Positions 32,671 through 36,785 of a stretch of 36,785 bases of DNA are shown one piece after another. The number at the start of each line of letters is the position of its first letter. The first letter of the stretch is position 1. The notes beneath the pieces are model-generated. The model worked only from the letters and a program-made list of their open reading frames with translations. It had not been told where the DNA came from and searched no databases. The translations under genes and the position numbers were made by a program. Source of the DNA: a virus (taxonomy: Duplodnaviria; Heunggongvirae; Uroviricota; Caudoviricetes); IMG/VR virus record IMGVR_UViG_3300034072_000647. One strand, written 5' to 3'.

Positions 32671-33119
32671 TTTATGCTTTCCTTTCCTAGCCACTCTTCG
32701 GCCAATATAATATAGCAGTCTAACCATGAAATGTAAATATATTTCTCAACTACATCTGGAAATATATCTGTAACTACATATATCTTAGAGCGATCGTACT
32801 TAAAGAAAAGCAGAGGGTCTTGATTACATTCGCTAGATTGCTTTTTTAATTTCTCCCACCATAAGATAAGATTATTAGTTTTGCTAGTAAAAATCTTGTC
32901 TGATAGCGGGCTTTCTTTATAGTTTTTAACTTCTATACAGAATCTGTTTGCGCTATTCGGGAGCATTAAGTCGCCTTTCATCTGGTACTTAACGTCAAGT
33001 GCCCCAGATAAGGGAGTCCTTACCCAGGGCAGCTTGGTATGCTTTATAAGCAGATCTTTTACGAGATTCTCTCCGCGCGCGCCTTTTGCTCGTGCATCAA
33101 CCAATCTCTTTTCTCCCAT
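32658..33119 (-). CDS. Holliday-junction-resolvase-like PD-(D/E)xK nuclease (T5 D14-like)
   Basis: DARAKGARGE, PLSGA, KGDL, IEVKNY, PLLFFK.DRSK motifs. The true start may be TTG at 33104. Confidence 0.8.
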   Translation of the reverse strand: MGEKRLVDARAKGARGENLVKDLLIKHTKLPWVRTPLSGALDVKYQMKGDLMLPNSANRFCIEVKNYKESPLSDKIFTSKTNNLILWWEKLKKQSSECNQDPLLFFKYDRSKIYVVTDIFPDVVEKYIYISWLDCYIILAEEWLGKESIKWLL

Positions 33120-33513
33120 GTGTTAGTGTTCTATAGCGATTTTCATTAGGTAGATACTCTCTCCATAGATGAAACCATGGTCCTCTAATAGATATTACCC
33201 AACTAGTTCCTATAGAATCTACTTTGTGAAAATCGTCTCTGTGTATAATGAACGGTTTTAAAGAGGGCTGATAGTATCTTTCTAACGTATACTCTTCGTT
33301 ATTAGGTAGTATTCTTTTATCTAATAGCTTTTCTACTAATCTACCTTTAATCAACCAATTTAAGCAGTTAAAGGCATGAGTATGGTATGCCTCCCTACTC
33401 TTACCTTCAAACTTCAACAACACTACAGAAAATAGTGATTTCAGCTCTATTAACCAATATCCGGTGACGGTGCTTTCAGCACCGCCATCCTTCATCTTTT
33501 TAAAGAATTTCAT
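33097..33513 (-). CDS. Cupin-fold putative metalloprotein
   Basis: YHTHAF...E...FHKV metal-ligand spacing; GGAGG SD precedes ATG 33513. Confidence 0.6.
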   Translation of the reverse strand: MKFFKKMKDGGAESTVTGYWLIELKSLFSVVLLKFEGKSREAYHTHAFNCLNWLIKGRLVEKLLDKRILPNNEEYTLERYYQPSLKPFIIHRDDFHKVDSIGTSWVISIRGPWFHLWREYLPNENRYRTLTHGRKEIG

Positions 33514-33515
33514 TT

Positions 33516-33566
33516 TCAACCTCCAGGAAGTTCTTCCTCAAAGGGTAGTTCAAGCTGTTCAGTCAT
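33516..33566 (-). CDS. Candidate 16-aa peptide MTEQLELPFEEELPGG with a beta-clamp-binding-like motif
   Basis: SD AGGA 6 nt before the ATG; start overlaps the end of the D13-like gene (ATGACTGA); stop lies 2 nt before the cupin ATG. Not in the ORF track. Confidence 0.5.
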   Translation of the reverse strand: MTEQLELPFEEELPGG

Positions 33567-35364
33567 GCTCAATCCTACTGATGTTATCCTCTTTGATAAC
33601 TTCAAGCTTGGTCAATAGTGGGTGACTCCAGCCGTGAGAAACAATGTAGGTATTTAGCTCTTCATTTAGAAGAACTTCCACTAGTTTTTCCCTACCTGCC
33701 TCATCAAGAACGTTGATAACTTCGTCCAAGAATAGAACATTAATTCTAGACTTAGAGATACTGCTCATTAACTTTCGCAGCGCGAGAAGAGTAGACGTGT
33801 TAACACGTGCCAACTCACCAGAAGATAGAGCAAGTATGTCAACGTTATTGCCGTTATCGGTAATATTAACATTGAGTTTGTCTGACATAACACTAAACTC
33901 AATAGTAAAGCGGCCGTCGGAGAGTTCAGCAAGATAATCGTTCGTAAGCTCTTCCAGGTCTTTCACCATGTTCTCGATCTTATAAGCGACTAAACCATTA
34001 GTACTAAACGATTTCTTAAGCAACTCTAAGTTGTTAAGATTAGCCAACTCTTTGTCGAGCTTGGCAGAGTATTCCGCCAGTTCCTCTTGGAACTTATCAG
34101 ACTGCTCTAAAAAGACATTAACTCTAGAATTGTGCTTCGCAACTTCTTGATTTTGCTGAGTTATCTTTTTCAGCTTATCTCTAGCATTAGATATTCTGAT
34201 GCTTAGATTAGAAAGTTCATCAACTAAGTCTTGCTTGTTGATTGTTGCTGAGGGCAGAGTCTTGTTGATTGAAGAAAATAACTCCTCCCATTCCTTGATA
34301 CTGTCCTGCTTATGTTTGTACCTAGAGTTATTAGACTTAATAGAGTCAATAGTCTTTTTAATTTCTTCAATTTTTGACTCCACCGATTTCAGAGATGCTT
34401 TATCTCCTTCTATTAGCTTTTGTTTGAAGTCGGGATCAATGCTTTGCTCACAAGTAGGACAAGTATCTCCTAAGCTATTAAGGTTTCTAATAGACTTAGT
34501 TATACGAAGCTTTTCCGACTCTAGTCCGCCTAGCTGAGATTGTTCGTCGTCATAGGACAAAGTAGGCTCAGCTTCGATAGCATTGATTTCTTCTATATTT
34601 ATAGCTGCCAGCAATTCTTTATACTGGTTGTTCTTATTGATAGCTCTATTGGTCTTGTCAATGTTGGTGATTTCCAAGGATAGCTTTGCTACCTCTGCTT
34701 CATCGCTTGACAAATCAAGATCATCTACGGGAATTAACTCCTTTATAGATGTGTCCTGCAGGCTATTTTGCGCTATCCATTTTTCTACTGTAGCGATCTG
34801 TCCCTGTATCTTAGATACAGTTCCTGCATGTTGCTTAACAGCTTCCTTGAACAATTCAAACAGTGCTACATACTGCTCTAACTGCAGTAGATCAATTAAG
34901 AACTTCTTGCGGTTAGTATCGGTAGCTACCAAGAATTGTAAGCTAGTGTTAGTATTCTGATATACTAGCTGAGAGAATGTCTTGAAATCTTGCCCAACAA
35001 TCTCTTCGATGGCTTTAAAGGTATTGGTAGCAGTATGACTACTGATATCTTCGCCATTTTTAATTAGTTTAACCTTTACGGTTGCTGCCTTTCGATCAAT
35101 ATGAATCTCATATTCACTATCATCTTTATCGAAAGTTAGTTTTATATTATAGCCCTTTTTAAGGTATCTATTAGGAATATCCGCCTTCTTAATACCTTTG
35201 GAGTTTTTATTAAATATTGCTTCTTCAATAATTAACGGAATGGAGGATTTCCCCATTCCGTTCAGTCCTAAGATCTGTGTAACAGTATCAGAGGTTAGAT
35301 CCAGTTTATTATTGGGGCCGTAGCTGAAACAATTACTCCACTCCAATGTCTTTAGCGTAATCAT
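33559..35364 (-). CDS. SbcC/Rad50-like recombination ATPase (T5 D13-like)
   Basis: Walker A GLNGMGKSS, zinc hook CPTC, signature LSSGE, Walker B LFLDE. Confidence 0.93.
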   Translation of the reverse strand: MITLKTLEWSNCFSYGPNNKLDLTSDTVTQILGLNGMGKSSIPLIIEEAIFNKNSKGIKKADIPNRYLKKGYNIKLTFDKDDSEYEIHIDRKAATVKVKLIKNGEDISSHTATNTFKAIEEIVGQDFKTFSQLVYQNTNTSLQFLVATDTNRKKFLIDLLQLEQYVALFELFKEAVKQHAGTVSKIQGQIATVEKWIAQNSLQDTSIKELIPVDDLDLSSDEAEVAKLSLEITNIDKTNRAINKNNQYKELLAAINIEEINAIEAEPTLSYDDEQSQLGGLESEKLRITKSIRNLNSLGDTCPTCEQSIDPDFKQKLIEGDKASLKSVESKIEEIKKTIDSIKSNNSRYKHKQDSIKEWEELFSSINKTLPSATINKQDLVDELSNLSIRISNARDKLKKITQQNQEVAKHNSRVNVFLEQSDKFQEELAEYSAKLDKELANLNNLELLKKSFSTNGLVAYKIENMVKDLEELTNDYLAELSDGRFTIEFSVMSDKLNVNITDNGNNVDILALSSGELARVNTSTLLALRKLMSSISKSRINVLFLDEVINVLDEAGREKLVEVLLNEELNTYIVSHGWSHPLLTKLEVIKEDNISRIEHD

Positions 35365-36289
35365 TAAACGTACTCACAGCCTCCTGTATCTTGTCCTCCG
35401 GAAGTTCTAACACAAAGGTTAGATACTCTACTAGCTCGTCTTGTATTGTCATATCCTTACTAAGGATCAAGCTAGTATCCGTACTTCTCTTAACTAATTT
35501 CTTGTCTAGTAGTTCGTTTGTCTTCACATTACTAAGATCTACTACATCACCTTCCAGCTCATAGATAGTGTGATCCGGGCTAGTAGGTATCATGTCGGCC
35601 TCGTTAGAGACCGTTTTTCTTAGCAATTGGGGTAAGTCGAATTCTTCCCAAGTCCATTCAGTGAGATCTTTATCATCAATGAGAATGTAGCCAGTAGACA
35701 CACGGCTCCGATGAAAACTAGTAACCATTGGGGAACCGGGATAAACCATGTTTCGCTGGCAATTAGAATGGCTGTGTAAGTCACCCAAATACACGACAGG
35801 GAACATTTCGATGAGGTCAAGATCAATCTCCGGTTTCACATGTGGGGGAATCTCACCTCTAATGTGACTAAATAATGCTTTGCTCTTGTCTAGCGAATCC
35901 CATACACCTTTCTTGTGTATGAACTCATAAGGTACTATCGTGAAGTTATCTTCTTCATAGATCTCATCAATAATAGTTACCAGTGGGTTTAGCCTATGGG
36001 TAGCTTCTTTTAAGTGAGAAAAGAAGGTCTGGCCTTTCTTAGTGGCTTCATGGTTGCCCGCATAGATTAAAGTACGCACTGTCATACCACTAACGAATTC
36101 AAAGTATAACTCAAGTTCTTCCATGTTAGGTAACTTGTCGAAAAGGTCTCCTCCGATAATATGAAGATTAACTCTTTTCTCTAATTCTTTGACCTGCTTG
36201 AAAAACAGTCTGTACCTATTTATAGCCCATTCTTTGGGTACATTCTTTTGGCCTATTTTTAAGTGTATATCTGCGGTGAATAGTATCAT
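35333..36289 (-). CDS. SbcD/Mre11-like nuclease (T5 D12-like)
   Basis: Metallophosphoesterase motifs ADIH, GGDLFD, GNHE, GDLH. Confidence 0.92.
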   Translation of the reverse strand: MILFTADIHLKIGQKNVPKEWAINRYRLFFKQVKELEKRVNLHIIGGDLFDKLPNMEELELYFEFVSGMTVRTLIYAGNHEATKKGQTFFSHLKEATHRLNPLVTIIDEIYEEDNFTIVPYEFIHKKGVWDSLDKSKALFSHIRGEIPPHVKPEIDLDLIEMFPVVYLGDLHSHSNCQRNMVYPGSPMVTSFHRSRVSTGYILIDDKDLTEWTWEEFDLPQLLRKTVSNEADMIPTSPDHTIYELEGDVVDLSNVKTNELLDKKLVKRSTDTSLILSKDMTIQDELVEYLTFVLELPEDKIQEAVSTFNDYAKDIGVE

Positions 36290-36785
36290 ATCGCTCTCCT
36301 ATATCTGTATATAGAAGTCAAACTAATTCCAGTTAATTCATTAATTTCAGGCCCGGAAAGCCCTTTATTATGCAGTTCTTTGATCTGAGACTTTTGTTCC
36401 TCGGTAAGAGAATTAGCTCTCCTACCCTGAGCAGGTTTAGCGATAGGTCCGGGAGACTTAGGCCAAGTTTTGCCTGTCACTATTTTACTGATAGTAACTG
36501 CAGGCCTATTATACCTAGCTGCTATAGATTGCTGACTTTCGCCCTTAGAATAGGACAATCTTATATCTATAACATCCCTCTCCGTAAGCTTTGCTTTACC
36601 GTTTTTCTCGCCAGATCTGTCAGGCTCATTATAGGGGAAACAACCTCCAGGGTGTACGTTTAAAGAGGCTTTATACTTATTTATATATTCCGCTTCTTTA
36701 GCATATATAAAACCTTTTTCACCTGTTAGCAATATCTCTATTTTGAGACCTTTTTCTCCTTTTAACTTAAAATTTCCTGACCCAT
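36286..36785 (-). mobile_element. Free-standing GIY-YIG-like homing endonuclease with C-terminal HTH repeats (5'-truncated by the window edge)
   Basis: Frame is open to the edge (...GSGNFKLKGEKGLKIEIL); E..YI.KY...LN...GG catalytic-type segment; GEKNGKAKLTE.DV..IR and a second HTH. Confidence 0.7.

Noticed and set aside
35620-35826. 68-aa hydrophobic ORF nested in the D12-like gene, resembling a small membrane protein
   Set aside because: TTG start with GGAG only 1 nt upstream; hydrophobicity is explainable as an off-frame product.
29770-36289. Inteins or group I introns in nrdJ, D13 or D12
   Set aside because: Lengths are ordinary, motifs are contiguous and no splicing motifs were seen.
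1-36785. None of the large genes checked ends in TAG, suggesting possible amber recoding
   Set aside because: All genes are intact under the standard code with no in-frame TAG, and TAG is commonly rare in phages.
1-36785. tRNA or rRNA genes
   Set aside because: Intergenic gaps are short (about 130 nt or less) and occupied by promoters, terminators or short ORFs; no cloverleaf seen.

Overview
This window is part of a lytic siphophage genome with T5-like (Demerecviridae-like) gene order. The + strand (1-29327) carries the late operon: a partial deacetylase-like gene, HNH nuclease, portal, an unknown head-region protein, a fused prohead protease/major capsid ORF, neck and tail genes, a 2034-aa tape measure protein with a lysozyme domain, distal tail protein, a pb3-like hub, a ~1857-aa modular tail fibre and a lysis cassette with a GH19 endolysin. 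It converges at a bidirectional terminator (~29332-29364) with a - strand block: a GIY-YIG endonuclease (partial), D12/D13-like SbcD/SbcC, a cupin, D14-like resolvase, D15-like flap endonuclease and class II ribonucleotide reductase. The main leads are: (1) a ~5-kb GC-rich, apparently foreign block inserted in frame in the tail fibre; (2) an unannotated 16-aa ORF carrying a beta-clamp-binding-like motif (QLELPF); (3) a consensus promoter driving a leaderless 24-aa ORF that spans an intrinsic terminator upstream of the hub gene; (4) a UUU-CGU +1 frameshift candidate in the tail chaperone; (5) an FN3 domain apparently split between two genes; (6) an internal ribosome-binding site inside the protease-capsid fusion. 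All family assignments come from recognising motifs and synteny by eye. No database searches were run, and GC values are hand counts of individual 60-nt lines.
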